Assembly: GCA_041689265.1 (NCBI GenBank) | Contig: JBDNGP010000028.1 | Span: forward strand, 10,516-74,515 | Direction of reading: 5' to 3' | Length of the DNA: 64,000 bases | Source of the DNA: Verrucomicrobiota bacterium | GTDB taxonomy: Bacteria; Verrucomicrobiota; Verrucomicrobiia; Limisphaerales; RI-55 | Part shown: positions 19,172-28,494 of the stretch, in pieces | How the letters are laid out: the number at the start of each line of letters is the position of its first letter | Numbering within the stretch: the stretch's first letter is position 1 | The notes under the pieces: model-generated | The model's database searches: none | The model's input: the letters and a program-made list of their open reading frames with translations, nothing else | Told to the model about the DNA's origin: nothing | Made by a program: the position numbers and the translations under genes

Positions 19172-22100
19172 GGCTGAATCGGGTTGGAAGCGTTGACGAC
19201 GCGGGTCCGGAGGACCTCGATTGGTTCGCGGTCCTCGCCGTGAAGGACCACGGCCGCGCGGTAGTTGCGGTTGGCAATCAAGGGATGACGCACCCGGAAC
19301 CACAGGCAGGGCGGTTCGTTGATGCTCAACCCCCGGACGGCGAACGCGCGATCAATGATGTCGATTTGACCGGCAGCCGGAGACGTGGTGAGGATCTCAT
19401 CCACGTAGTGACTGACCTGCAACATCGTGCCGCGGCTGCCCGGATCGGTCTGATGCAGATACACCGTGAAGGCGAGCGGCACCTGCAGCCGCGGCGTCAG
19501 GTCATCAAGCAGGATGCGTGGCGGCGTGGGCGCGGACTGGCCGGGTTGCGATGAATTCACGACTTCACTCCAATCGAAGCATCCAACCCGAATCCACAGC
19601 TCGGTGGCCGGCTGCGGACCGGTTCCCGGAATGACATCGGTCCAGTTCACCAGCAGCGCTTCGAGCTCGCGGGCCGGGTCAATGATCAACGCGGGGACCG
19701 CGCGTGCCGGCCAGGGCACCGGGCAATCGACGGGTGGGCCGCCGCCGGCCGGGTCTTCTTGCAGCCAGGTGATCTGCAGTTCATCGCTCCACTCGCCCGC
19801 TTCGCGTTCGCCGTATGCGCCCAATCCCACGGCGCGCACGCGGGCGCGATAGTTCTTCCCGGATTCCAAGCCGAGGTTGATGGCGAAGTTTGGCGAATCA
19901 TCACCGAAGCCGATGGCCAGCCGTGGTGAATCCACGACGCCCCAGAACTCGCCCACACCTGCTTCGTTGCCATCCTGAAAGATGTGGGCAGCTCCGGGCG
20001 GTGGCGGCGTGAGCGACAATTCAAATCGGTCCACTCCCGGCCGCGGTGAGAACCACGCGATCACGGAATCGGTCACGGGTTGCCCCGGAACCACCGGTGC
20101 CGCCGGCATGAAATGAGTGAGGCGCGGCGTGGGGAACCCCTCGGTGCCCGGCGTGTCCACGCAGCCCACCAGCGTCAGCACGCTCGGGTTGCCATTGCGA
20201 TCGTAGTATTGCAGGAAGTAGCAGGCGCGTCCCGGATTTGCAGGCGGTGCCGTTTCACAGATGTTCGCGAGATCGGGCACACCGTCGCCGTTCGTGTCCA
20301 CCCGGGCGCGGTGCTGCAGCACGAGCGGGCCATCGTCGCCCAGCCGGCGGAAGAGAGCGGCATCCCACACCTCGGGTGGCATGCCTTCGATATTGACGCA
20401 GACATCGACCAACTCGCCGGTGTCCGGATCGACCGGATCAATGAAGCCACCTGGACAGCCAGATGATGAAGTGCTGCAGTTCAGGTCGCCATTCCAGATG
20501 TGCTCCGGGTAGTTCGGACCATTGAACTGGGGTTGCGTGCCGAACCAGGTTGAGACCTTGTCGTTGGCGGTGCCAAAGCGGGCCTGGAACCGTCCCGCTC
20601 CTGAAAACGCCGGTTGGGCAACGATCTGGTTTTGCGCGCGGAATTGATAGCGCCCCAGCAGATCACCGGAGAGCTGGTCACGAAACTCCACCCACGCAAT
20701 CCGATGGTTGAGGCGATTCGCAGTGAATCTCAGGGGTCCGAGGACTGTCGTGTTCAACGACTGATTAACGTCGATCTGGCAGCACGGCACGCGCAGGCGG
20801 CCCTGCGGTTCACCTGGACCGGCGAGGTCGTAGAGGGCGCCCGGCACTGGTCCGCTGGCTCCGCTCAGGTTGCCAAAACCGGCGGGCGACGGACAACTGG
20901 TCGCGTCCTCGGCGACGAGCACGAACCAGCGGGTGCGTCCGTCGTCCGCGGGAAGTTGTGAGGCACCCGGCGTGAGGTCGGCGATACTGACGCGTTCGCT
21001 TGTTCCAATGTTGTTGATGACGGCGATCCGGTTCGGCGTGGCGGGCCAGAGTGCAGAGGCGCGTTCGACGAAGGCGTCATCCGGGTTATCGAAACGGTAG
21101 AGATGGTAGCGCCGGACCTCGGCGGGATCATCTCGCAGCCAGCTGATCCGCAACGCGTGATCGGCCGCGCCTTCCTGTTTGTAAATGTTGTCCACGCGGA
21201 TGCGCGAGGGCGTGGCGGGCGGCATCCGGTCGCAAATTTGCACCGGCAGGCCGGAACTCGGATTGCCAATGCGTCCAAAATGGTCGAGCGCCGCGACGTA
21301 ATAGGTCGCCTGAAAGGCATCGGGGAACTCCACGCCGCCGGGTGCGAAGCCCGCTTGATCAGCCGAGTCGTTGTCGTCGGTGATGAAGAACGCGTCGTTC
21401 GCCGGCTGGACCGGGCAACCCAGTGGTGCCGTGATGACCACCGGCACACGGTTCACCGGGATTGCGAAGCCATTGTTCACGGCATCCAGAAGCGCGGCCC
21501 GCGATAGGTTGAGCGGCGGTTCAGCGCCATTGGCGGCGATCCATTGCTGGCGGGGAATGCGATACACTTGATAGCCGCTCCAGTGGAAGGCCATCTCACT
21601 GAGCGCCGCCGGCAGGCACCAACGGAGGTGCACGCGCAGGTGACCTCGTGGCGTGGCTTCCAGTTTCTCAGACAGGCCGCCGGGTGCGGGAAGGTAGGCC
21701 GGCGTGGCGGGCGTGGTGACCCGTCCGATCACCGGCCCTTCGACCTGAGTCACGGGATCAATGACGCGCACTTCGAAAGTGTTGAAACTGGTGTCGGGCA
21801 CGCGGGCGATGTAGGCGCGGCCCTCGGCCAGGTTGATTTGCGGATGCACGCGACGCATCGCCTCGCGTTGCTGCAGGTCGTAGCCGCCCGGCAAATCGGT
21901 GCTCAGAAATGCGGACAGCTTCTGTGCAAGACTGGGATAAGGGCCGGCGGCGAGGATGCCGTCCAGATCCTGGTCCAGTTTGACGTTGTTGAAGCCGGCC
22001 GCCGCCGCCCGCTCGAGCAAGGCATGCAAGGTGGGGGCGTGCGCCGTGGGAGTGAGGACGGCGAGCCGTAGGTAGTTGCCCGGGTCGGTGGCCAGTCCCT

Positions 22101-22326
22101 GCTTGTGATACACGGCGTAACCGGCGTGCTTGGTAGCGCCTTCCAGGAATTGCAACTGGATGAAAACGTAGCGGGTTCCGGGCGTGGCGACATTGCCGAC
22201 CTGCGCCACGGCCACGATCTTGGGCGTGGCGGCCTGCGTGTTGTCCGGGCCATTGAGGACGGCAACGCTCAAGGCCAGGGCAGCCAGCACGCTGCGTTGA
22301 ATGCGGCAAAGAGTAGAAGTGTTCAT
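19168..22326 (-). CDS. Large secreted protein with fibronectin type III-like domains
   Basis: Signal peptide ending TQA-A; FN3-like segments YYVAALDHFGRIGNPS...PPATP and LESGKNYRARVRAVG...EWS; several Cys pairs. Confidence 0.85.
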   Translation of the reverse strand: MNTSTLCRIQRSVLAALALSVAVLNGPDNTQAATPKIVAVAQVGNVATPGTRYVFIQLQFLEGATKHAGYAVYHKQGLATDPGNYLRLAVLTPTAHAPTLHALLERAAAAGFNNVKLDQDLDGILAAGPYPSLAQKLSAFLSTDLPGGYDLQQREAMRRVHPQINLAEGRAYIARVPDTSFNTFEVRVIDPVTQVEGPVIGRVTTPATPAYLPAPGGLSEKLEATPRGHLRVHLRWCLPAALSEMAFHWSGYQVYRIPRQQWIAANGAEPPLNLSRAALLDAVNNGFAIPVNRVPVVITAPLGCPVQPANDAFFITDDNDSADQAGFAPGGVEFPDAFQATYYVAALDHFGRIGNPSSGLPVQICDRMPPATPSRIRVDNIYKQEGAADHALRISWLRDDPAEVRRYHLYRFDNPDDAFVERASALWPATPNRIAVINNIGTSERVSIADLTPGASQLPADDGRTRWFVLVAEDATSCPSPAGFGNLSGASGPVPGALYDLAGPGEPQGRLRVPCCQIDVNQSLNTTVLGPLRFTANRLNHRIAWVEFRDQLSGDLLGRYQFRAQNQIVAQPAFSGAGRFQARFGTANDKVSTWFGTQPQFNGPNYPEHIWNGDLNCSTSSSGCPGGFIDPVDPDTGELVDVCVNIEGMPPEVWDAALFRRLGDDGPLVLQHRARVDTNGDGVPDLANICETAPPANPGRACYFLQYYDRNGNPSVLTLVGCVDTPGTEGFPTPRLTHFMPAAPVVPGQPVTDSVIAWFSPRPGVDRFELSLTPPPPGAAHIFQDGNEAGVGEFWGVVDSPRLAIGFGDDSPNFAINLGLESGKNYRARVRAVGLGAYGEREAGEWSDELQITWLQEDPAGGGPPVDCPVPWPARAVPALIIDPARELEALLVNWTDVIPGTGPQPATELWIRVGCFDWSEVVNSSQPGQSAPTPPRILLDDLTPRLQVPLAFTVYLHQTDPGSRGTMLQVSHYVDEILTTSPAAGQIDIIDRAFAVRGLSINEPPCLWFRVRHPLIANRNYRAAVVLHGEDREPIEVLRTRVVNASNPIQP

Positions 22327-22332
22327 GAGCGG

Positions 22333-25300
22333 TTAGAAGTCGACGGAAAGCGCGGGGTTGCTGCTGGTATCGAGAGTGACGCCGAAGTCGGAGTCCACCT
22401 TGATGCAGAAGGGGCACGGCCCAAGTTCGAGATCGGTTTCGATTTTGCCGAGCAGACTGGCTCCGTCCTGGGTTGCTGAGCCGCTGAGTTCGACGGCGCC
22501 GCTGCCCGAAAGCAGGCAGAGGAATTCGCCGCTGACTTCGCCCCGCAGGAAGCCGCCCACGCCGAAGTTAAAGTTCGAGTAGTCGGCCGGGTCGGATTGA
22601 AGAAAGCCAAAGGCGCCGACGCCCGCCCCCGCCTTGACCTTCAACAGGCAGCCGACGTCGTAGAAGGGAAACTTGCCGTTCACGCTGGCGATCACGCCGA
22701 TGAACGGCGGCGTCAACTGGTCCTGGATCAACTGCGGCGCCCACGCCGCGTAAGGCAAATTAGTGCAGGTGCGGCCGACGAAGAGCCCGCCGTGCATCGT
22801 GTAGTTGGAGAACGGCAGTTGCACCGGGCCGGAGCTGCCGAAGAGCGTCGCCTCGGCTTCGGCCGCGAGATAGAACTCGAAGTTGGCGGCGCCCTGGTTG
22901 GCGCTCACCGCAAGGGTCGCGCTCATCCGGTCGAAATTGACCGGCTGCAACGACAGACCGTCGGTCAAGGTTTCGAGGTTTCCTTTGAGACCAATCAGCT
23001 TGCCGCCGTCGGTGAAGGAAAACTGGGTCGAAAGCGTGATATTGACGTTGCCGAAGGGAACGTTGGCCGGAGCGACCGTGGCACCCATGGTGATGCGGTT
23101 GAACATCGCCGGAACCAGAGCCGGATCGCAGGCGGCCGCGCCGTCCGAATACAGTTGCTGGTATTCGAAGAAAGGATCGAGGGCGATGGCGATCGGCTGG
23201 GTGTGAATCACCGTGTGCGCGCGCAACGACAGGTAGGTCAGGTCCTGACCGGTGATGACGGCCTCACCCCGGAGGCTGGCCGCCTGGAGGTAATTGCCGA
23301 CGCCGGTGAGTTCACCCAACGTGCCGTCGAGATCGACCACCTCGGCAACCGCCTCGGTGATGGCTTCGTTGATCTGATCCAGCGCACTGGCGAGCACCTG
23401 CTTGACGAGGTGGTCCAGATGATAAAATCGGAAGCGCAGAACGTTCTGCACCTGGCTCATGACTGGCAGCGCGTAGATGCGTGCCTTCACCTCCGCCCGG
23501 ATGCGCGCTTCAATCTCCTCGACTGAGAACGAACCCGGATCGAGGGACACGGTTTCAAAGTAGTCCTCCAACGAATCCTGAACGTCCATCTGCAGTCCGG
23601 CAAACTCGACATTGGCACCCGTCAGCAGCCCATCCAGTTCGCCGTCGAGACCGGTGACGTTCTGCACCAGTTCGCGAAGTTCCTGCATGCGGGAGCGCAA
23701 TTCCTCCAACCGTTCCCGCATGGGACCCGCCTCGATGCCGGCGAGCTGGATCAGCTCGGGCACGCTCAACAGGTCAAACCCCTCGGGGAGATTCAAGAAA
23801 TCCATCGCCTGCTGCATGAAGCCGCCGACCTGAGCCTCCTCGCCGGGCGCAAGGAAAGCGCGCATGCCTTGCAGCCCGTCGCCGAGCGGGCCGAGCCGGT
23901 CAGTCACATTACCGGCCACGGCCTCGGCGATCAGGCTTTGCAGAGTCAGATTGAACTCAATCTTTTCCAGGGCACCAGCCGTGTCTTGCGTGGTCTTCAG
24001 CACGTTGGCTGCGGCCTGGATGAACGCGTTGTCAAAGATCGGGCTCAGCGCGACGTCCAGGGCTCCATCGACCTGTTGCGAGAGGAGACTGTCCAGTTCG
24101 TCGAGGCCGGCGTCGATGTCGGTGAACGCTGCGCCGACCGACAGATTGCCGAAGCCTTCCATAATTTCTCCGGTCGCGAGCTCGAGCGCGTTCGCAAAAA
24201 TGTTGTTCAGGCTGAGCCCGAACGTGGCGCCAAATTCGATGGCCGCCTCCCGGCCATTCAGGCGCGGCACATCGGCATCGGCCTCGGCGATGATGACGTT
24301 TATTTTTTTCTTCTCCAGCGAGCGGAAGGTGCGCGTGAGCGCGTCGTAGCTGACGGGAAAGTCGAACGGGATGATACCAAACCAGGTCTTCTCGGCGCGG
24401 GGCAGGTAAGTCTCGTTGTTGCTGGTAAGATAAGGCACGGGTTCGTCAAACGCGGGCGGGAGGCCCCGATGGACATTGTCGAACTCGATACTGCTGAAAT
24501 AGGTCTGGTTGTTGGCAGACCAGCCGCCTTGCATTCCCGGGATAACGTCCGGATCGAACGGGGGATTTTCGATGCCATGAATCTGCGCGTGAGTTTCCAT
24601 CGCCTCGAAATAGGGAAGAGCAACCATGCCCGCCACGTTGATCCAGCCCTCGTCGGCGGCCGGCGAAATGGGCGGATCGTTGTAGTAAGCGTGCCGCACC
24701 GGTTCGATGTGGTAGTCGCCGGCGAACGGGCTGGCGGAAGGCACGTGCAGGGCGCTCGCCGCGAGGGCGGTTTCCTTGCCGGTGGTCATGCGGCCGTTGC
24801 CCCGGAAGATCAACACGCCGTCGAGTTCTGCGGGAAAGCCGTTGGCACGGGCGCGGACGGCCAGTTCCAGACCGGAGTCGTCCATGGAACATGCGGCGGC
24901 GGACACGAAACGCGCGCTCTGGATCGCGATGCGGCTCTGCTGCCAGTAGGCGAGCTGGCGCACGGCCTCGCCTCCGGCGAGCGACATGCGATCCAACGCG
25001 CCGCAGCACTTGAACTCGATTTGATCAAACGCCAGCGAGAAGTCGGCCGGGTAAGGCAGCGTCAGGCCACCGGCGACCTGGCTGTGCTCGAACTGCGGCT
25101 GGTTGCCGATGAGTTGAAAGGCCCATTCATTGATCGTCATTGTGAACGGATCGGGCCCGCCCACCTGCACCGAAGGCGGCAGCGTCGCGGCGTCGGCCAC
25201 CCAGCGACCGCTCACACCGGAAGCGCGGGCATAGAGTTTCTGGCAGGTGTCGAGTTGATAGGGACCGAGCTGGCCACCACCGACGCGGGAAATTCCGTGC

Positions 25301-27147
25301 AACCCGGCGAAGCCCCGGAAGTTGGCGCCCGCATAATCGCCTGCACCCGCGAAATAGTCCGTCGTGCCGGGGTGTTCCAGGACATCGCCAGCGGCGGGAC
25401 GCAGGCCGGTGAGGAGCCAGCGGGCGGGATTGAACTCAGCCGGTTGTTCGCCTGGTTCATCGACCGTGTTGTTGCTGTCGTCCGTCCGGTCAAATCCATC
25501 CGCGGCGGCGACCACCGGGCCGGGAACAAGGATCTGGATGTTGTTGGCGACGTAGTTGTCCGTCTGATGCACGGGCAGTCCGGTGTCGGGATCAGTGCCC
25601 GAAGCAGCGCGACGCGTGATGATGAAGTCATCGAGCGGATTGGGATCGGCCACGGGCAGCCCTTCCGACCACAGGCTTCCTTGCGCGGTGAAACGCAAGG
25701 GCCGGGGACCTACTTGAAACCCTTCACGGGTCGCCGGATCGGGCAGGGTGTGCGGTGCATCCTCTGGCCGGCAGCCGCGATAGGTGATCATCGTGACGGT
25801 CGCCAGCGGGAAGGACGATTGCGCCGACAAGGGCTGGCTGTTCACCAGTTGCAGCGAGCCACCCGTGTGCGCGACGAAGCCGTGCGGGAAGTGGGTTGAG
25901 AAAACGCCGTTGGCAAACGTGAGCGTGGTGTTAAACCCGCCCGTCATGCCCGGTGCAATCAGGAGATCGCCGCTGGCGCTGGCGTTCAGGCGATCCCAGA
26001 AGCCGTCGTTGCTGTCGGGCAGTTCACCCTTAACTCCCGGGTCCTTCCATTGATCGAAATACCAGGCGCGGAAGAAGCGCGTGGCTGGCTGCGGCAGCCG
26101 CAGGTGGAAGAGATCCCACTGCCAGCCGGTGCCGGAAAATCCGACGGCCAGCCGCTCATCGACAAACTGGCGGGGCGCGTTGAAGGCACCCGTCGCGCCG
26201 CCGGACGGTTGAAAGTTCGCGCCCAGGTTCAGGACGACGCCTTCAGACGAGAACACCGGGTTGAGCATTTCTGTGGTGGCGGGGTTTAAGTCGTTCAGAC
26301 GCCAGCCCGTGCCCGGCGGCAACATCAGCGTGAAGGACTGCGCGAACATGCCGGCGGAATTGATCAGCACCGGTCCCAATCCCACCACCCAGCCGTTGAC
26401 GTTGAGCGGTCCCGGCGGCGGCGTCACATTGACCGAACCGGTGGTCAGCGTTGCCGCACCGGTAGCGTCGTTGCGGAGGACATCGATCGAAGCCGTGGCC
26501 GGCGCTCCGCTGTTGAAGGGGGCGCCACCGGCGAGCAGGCCGGACTGAATGAAGAGACGCCACGACTGGTCGGCGGCCAGTTTTACCGGTGCGCTGGAGA
26601 AGGAGAACATCGTGCCGCTCAGCCCGCCCAGGGAGAGGCTGCCATCGAAATGTCCAAAACTGTGCGGGCCGTTGATGACCGTGTGATCGGTCTGGATTGC
26701 GCCGCCGGGAGGATCGTCGTTGTGCAGGACCGAGACGACGATTTCGTAGTTCAGATCTTCACTGAGCACCACCGTGGGATCGAACTCCAGATTGACGGCC
26801 ACGGGCAGCGCGGCGACCACGCCGGGCACGAGAACGTTGACGGTCGTGTCCGCCGAACCGACGGACGTCGTCGTGCCGACCACGCGCAGGCGGGTGCGGA
26901 ATGTCACCGGAATGGTCCGGGCGAACGCGGCCGGCTGATTGCGACTCAGACCCACGGTGACCCCAAACCGGATCGTGTCGTTGGCCGAGTCGGTGTCGAG
27001 CAACCAGTTGTTGTCGAGCGTCACCTGCGGAATGGTCACGGTCACATTGGCAGGCGCGGCGACACCGGCGAACGGAGCGAACAGCAACGCCGTCAGCAAC
27101 ACCAGCCAGATTCGCGGATGACAGCCTGATTCGGATGAAATGTTCAT
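22333..27147 (-). CDS. Very large (1604 aa) secreted hypothetical protein
   Basis: Signal-peptide-like IWLVLLTALLFAPFAGVAA; beta-rich N- and C-terminal regions flank an acidic helical region. Start set at ATG 27147. Confidence 0.85.
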   Translation of the reverse strand: MNISSESGCHPRIWLVLLTALLFAPFAGVAAPANVTVTIPQVTLDNNWLLDTDSANDTIRFGVTVGLSRNQPAAFARTIPVTFRTRLRVVGTTTSVGSADTTVNVLVPGVVAALPVAVNLEFDPTVVLSEDLNYEIVVSVLHNDDPPGGAIQTDHTVINGPHSFGHFDGSLSLGGLSGTMFSFSSAPVKLAADQSWRLFIQSGLLAGGAPFNSGAPATASIDVLRNDATGAATLTTGSVNVTPPPGPLNVNGWVVGLGPVLINSAGMFAQSFTLMLPPGTGWRLNDLNPATTEMLNPVFSSEGVVLNLGANFQPSGGATGAFNAPRQFVDERLAVGFSGTGWQWDLFHLRLPQPATRFFRAWYFDQWKDPGVKGELPDSNDGFWDRLNASASGDLLIAPGMTGGFNTTLTFANGVFSTHFPHGFVAHTGGSLQLVNSQPLSAQSSFPLATVTMITYRGCRPEDAPHTLPDPATREGFQVGPRPLRFTAQGSLWSEGLPVADPNPLDDFIITRRAASGTDPDTGLPVHQTDNYVANNIQILVPGPVVAAADGFDRTDDSNNTVDEPGEQPAEFNPARWLLTGLRPAAGDVLEHPGTTDYFAGAGDYAGANFRGFAGLHGISRVGGGQLGPYQLDTCQKLYARASGVSGRWVADAATLPPSVQVGGPDPFTMTINEWAFQLIGNQPQFEHSQVAGGLTLPYPADFSLAFDQIEFKCCGALDRMSLAGGEAVRQLAYWQQSRIAIQSARFVSAAACSMDDSGLELAVRARANGFPAELDGVLIFRGNGRMTTGKETALAASALHVPSASPFAGDYHIEPVRHAYYNDPPISPAADEGWINVAGMVALPYFEAMETHAQIHGIENPPFDPDVIPGMQGGWSANNQTYFSSIEFDNVHRGLPPAFDEPVPYLTSNNETYLPRAEKTWFGIIPFDFPVSYDALTRTFRSLEKKKINVIIAEADADVPRLNGREAAIEFGATFGLSLNNIFANALELATGEIMEGFGNLSVGAAFTDIDAGLDELDSLLSQQVDGALDVALSPIFDNAFIQAAANVLKTTQDTAGALEKIEFNLTLQSLIAEAVAGNVTDRLGPLGDGLQGMRAFLAPGEEAQVGGFMQQAMDFLNLPEGFDLLSVPELIQLAGIEAGPMRERLEELRSRMQELRELVQNVTGLDGELDGLLTGANVEFAGLQMDVQDSLEDYFETVSLDPGSFSVEEIEARIRAEVKARIYALPVMSQVQNVLRFRFYHLDHLVKQVLASALDQINEAITEAVAEVVDLDGTLGELTGVGNYLQAASLRGEAVITGQDLTYLSLRAHTVIHTQPIAIALDPFFEYQQLYSDGAAACDPALVPAMFNRITMGATVAPANVPFGNVNITLSTQFSFTDGGKLIGLKGNLETLTDGLSLQPVNFDRMSATLAVSANQGAANFEFYLAAEAEATLFGSSGPVQLPFSNYTMHGGLFVGRTCTNLPYAAWAPQLIQDQLTPPFIGVIASVNGKFPFYDVGCLLKVKAGAGVGAFGFLQSDPADYSNFNFGVGGFLRGEVSGEFLCLLSGSGAVELSGSATQDGASLLGKIETDLELGPCPFCIKVDSDFGVTLDTSSNPALSVDF

Positions 27148-27228
27148 AATCTCGGCAAACAACGCGGGTCGGCAGAATTCAGCGAAGAGCGCGCGAACGC
27201 CGTTACCCAAGACGGTTCATGTATAGGC

Positions 27229-27253
27229 TTAAGCGTTTGCCGCGAAAGGTTAC
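27229..27253 (-). promoter_or_regulatory. Putative ECF promoter GTAAC-N14-GCTTAA for the secreted-protein operon
   Basis: Same bipartite motif and spacing as at 28464-28488. Confidence 0.5.
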
Positions 27254-27312
27254 GAAGAGTGTGCGAAGTAACTGAAATCGGGGGAGGCGAACCATCTGTC
27301 GGCGACCAACTT

Positions 27313-27488
27313 GGTAGGGCGTGTCGCTCCGCGCGCGCCGTTGGGCGTGTTGACGGGTCCAAATTCACCGGGCCAGTCCGAGCGTTCGAGAACTCGCCGC
27401 CGGCCCCGCCTGTAAACTTCCACAGCCTTCCTGCGCATCCTCATCCCGCAAAGCCCATCCCGGACCGCGCGGAGCGACGGTCTTTACC
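27313..27488. repeat. REP-doublet/REPIN-like inverted repeat (GGTAG type), degenerate
   Basis: Left arm GGTAGGGCGTGTCGCTCCGCGCG; right arm reverse complement GGTAAAGACCGTCGCTCCGCGCG. Confidence 0.6.
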
Positions 27489-27578
27489 TTTTGGCTCTCT
27501 CTCTCGCGCGACGACTTCGCATCCTATGATTGCGGCGTTTGGACGGCTGTGTCAGCTTTTGTGCGCGGAGCTGCCAAC

Positions 27579-28313
27579 ATGTCCGAGCCCATCAACAAAG
27601 CTGGTGTTTTCGCGACCACGCACTGGACGGTGGTGCTCGCCGCCGGTGATTCCGGATCGCCGGAAGCGGCGGCGGCGCTGGAGGAGCTTTGCCGGGGTTA
27701 CTGGTATCCGCTCTACGCCTACGCCCGCCGCGCCGGTCAGGACGTGGAAGCCGCGGAGGATCTGACCCAGGAATTTTTCGCGCGCCTTTTGCAGAAGGAT
27801 TATCTGCGCGTGGCCGACCGTCGACGCGGTCGGTTCCGCTGGTTTCTGCTGACCGCCTTCAAGTGTTTTCTCGCCAACGAATGGGACCGTCAGAAAGCCC
27901 TCAAACGCGGCGGTGGCCAGCGTCCCATCGCGCTGGATTCGCTGACCGCCGAACAACGTTATCAACTGGAACCGGCGGACCGGCTCAGCGCGGATCTGGT
28001 GTTCGAACGTCGCTGGGCGATGACCCTGCTGGAGGCCGCGCGGTTGCGGTTGCGGACGGAATACGAAGCGTCGGGCAAGGGTGACCGGTTTGAATTGCTG
28101 GAAGGCAACATGCCGGGTGAGCGCACGGAGAAAACCTATGCGCAGCTCGGCGAGCAACTCGGCATGTCCGAGGGCGCGGTAAAGACCGAGGTGCATCGCA
28201 TGAAACGGCGTTACGCGGAACTGATGCGTGAAGAGGTTGCCCGCACCGTGGCCGATGAGGTGGAGATTGATCTGGAACTGCGTCACCTTATCGACGTGCT
28301 GGGGCGGCAGTGA
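27579..28313 (+). CDS. ECF-type RNA polymerase sigma-70 factor (kinase-associated type)
   Basis: Region 2 (AEDLTQEFF...GRFRWFL) and region 4 HTH (TYAQLGEQLGMSEGAVKTEVHRMKRR); directly upstream of a Ser/Thr kinase. Confidence 0.93.
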   Translation: MSEPINKAGVFATTHWTVVLAAGDSGSPEAAAALEELCRGYWYPLYAYARRAGQDVEAAEDLTQEFFARLLQKDYLRVADRRRGRFRWFLLTAFKCFLANEWDRQKALKRGGGQRPIALDSLTAEQRYQLEPADRLSADLVFERRWAMTLLEAARLRLRTEYEASGKGDRFELLEGNMPGERTEKTYAQLGEQLGMSEGAVKTEVHRMKRRYAELMREEVARTVADEVEIDLELRHLIDVLGRQ

Positions 28314-28329
28314 GCAGTGCGCTGCAGTC

Positions 28330-28440
28330 GGTAGGGCGAAGCTCCTGCTGAGCCCATTTCAAAGTCCCAAAGGGACGGCACGCTTTTGGTTTCGCTCCGA
28401 TGGAGCTTTGATCAGGGCTCCGCGGGAGCGTCGCCCTACC
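28330..28440. repeat. REP-doublet/REPIN-like inverted repeat (GGTAG type)
   Basis: GGTAGGGCGAAGCTCCTGCTGAGCCC (28330-28355) versus reverse complement of 28415-28440, GGTAGGGCGACGCTCCCGCGGAGCCC: 23 of 26 identical. Confidence 0.8.
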
Positions 28441-28463
28441 GACGTTGAAATGTATCGGATGTT

Positions 28464-28488
28464 GTGACTTTTTTTCGCGTTTGCTTAA
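28464..28488 (+). promoter_or_regulatory. Putative ECF promoter GTGAC-N14-GCTTAA upstream of the kinase
   Basis: Matches the motif at 27229-27253 in both boxes and spacing. Confidence 0.5.
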
Positions 28489-28494
28489 TGATCA

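Noticed and set aside
23869-25899. 676-aa plus-strand ORF, and similar long ORFs such as 48460-50031, 58972-60405, 43593-44777 and 30979-32046
   Set aside because: Antisense shadows of real genes, expected from GC-rich codon bias; no recognisable motifs.
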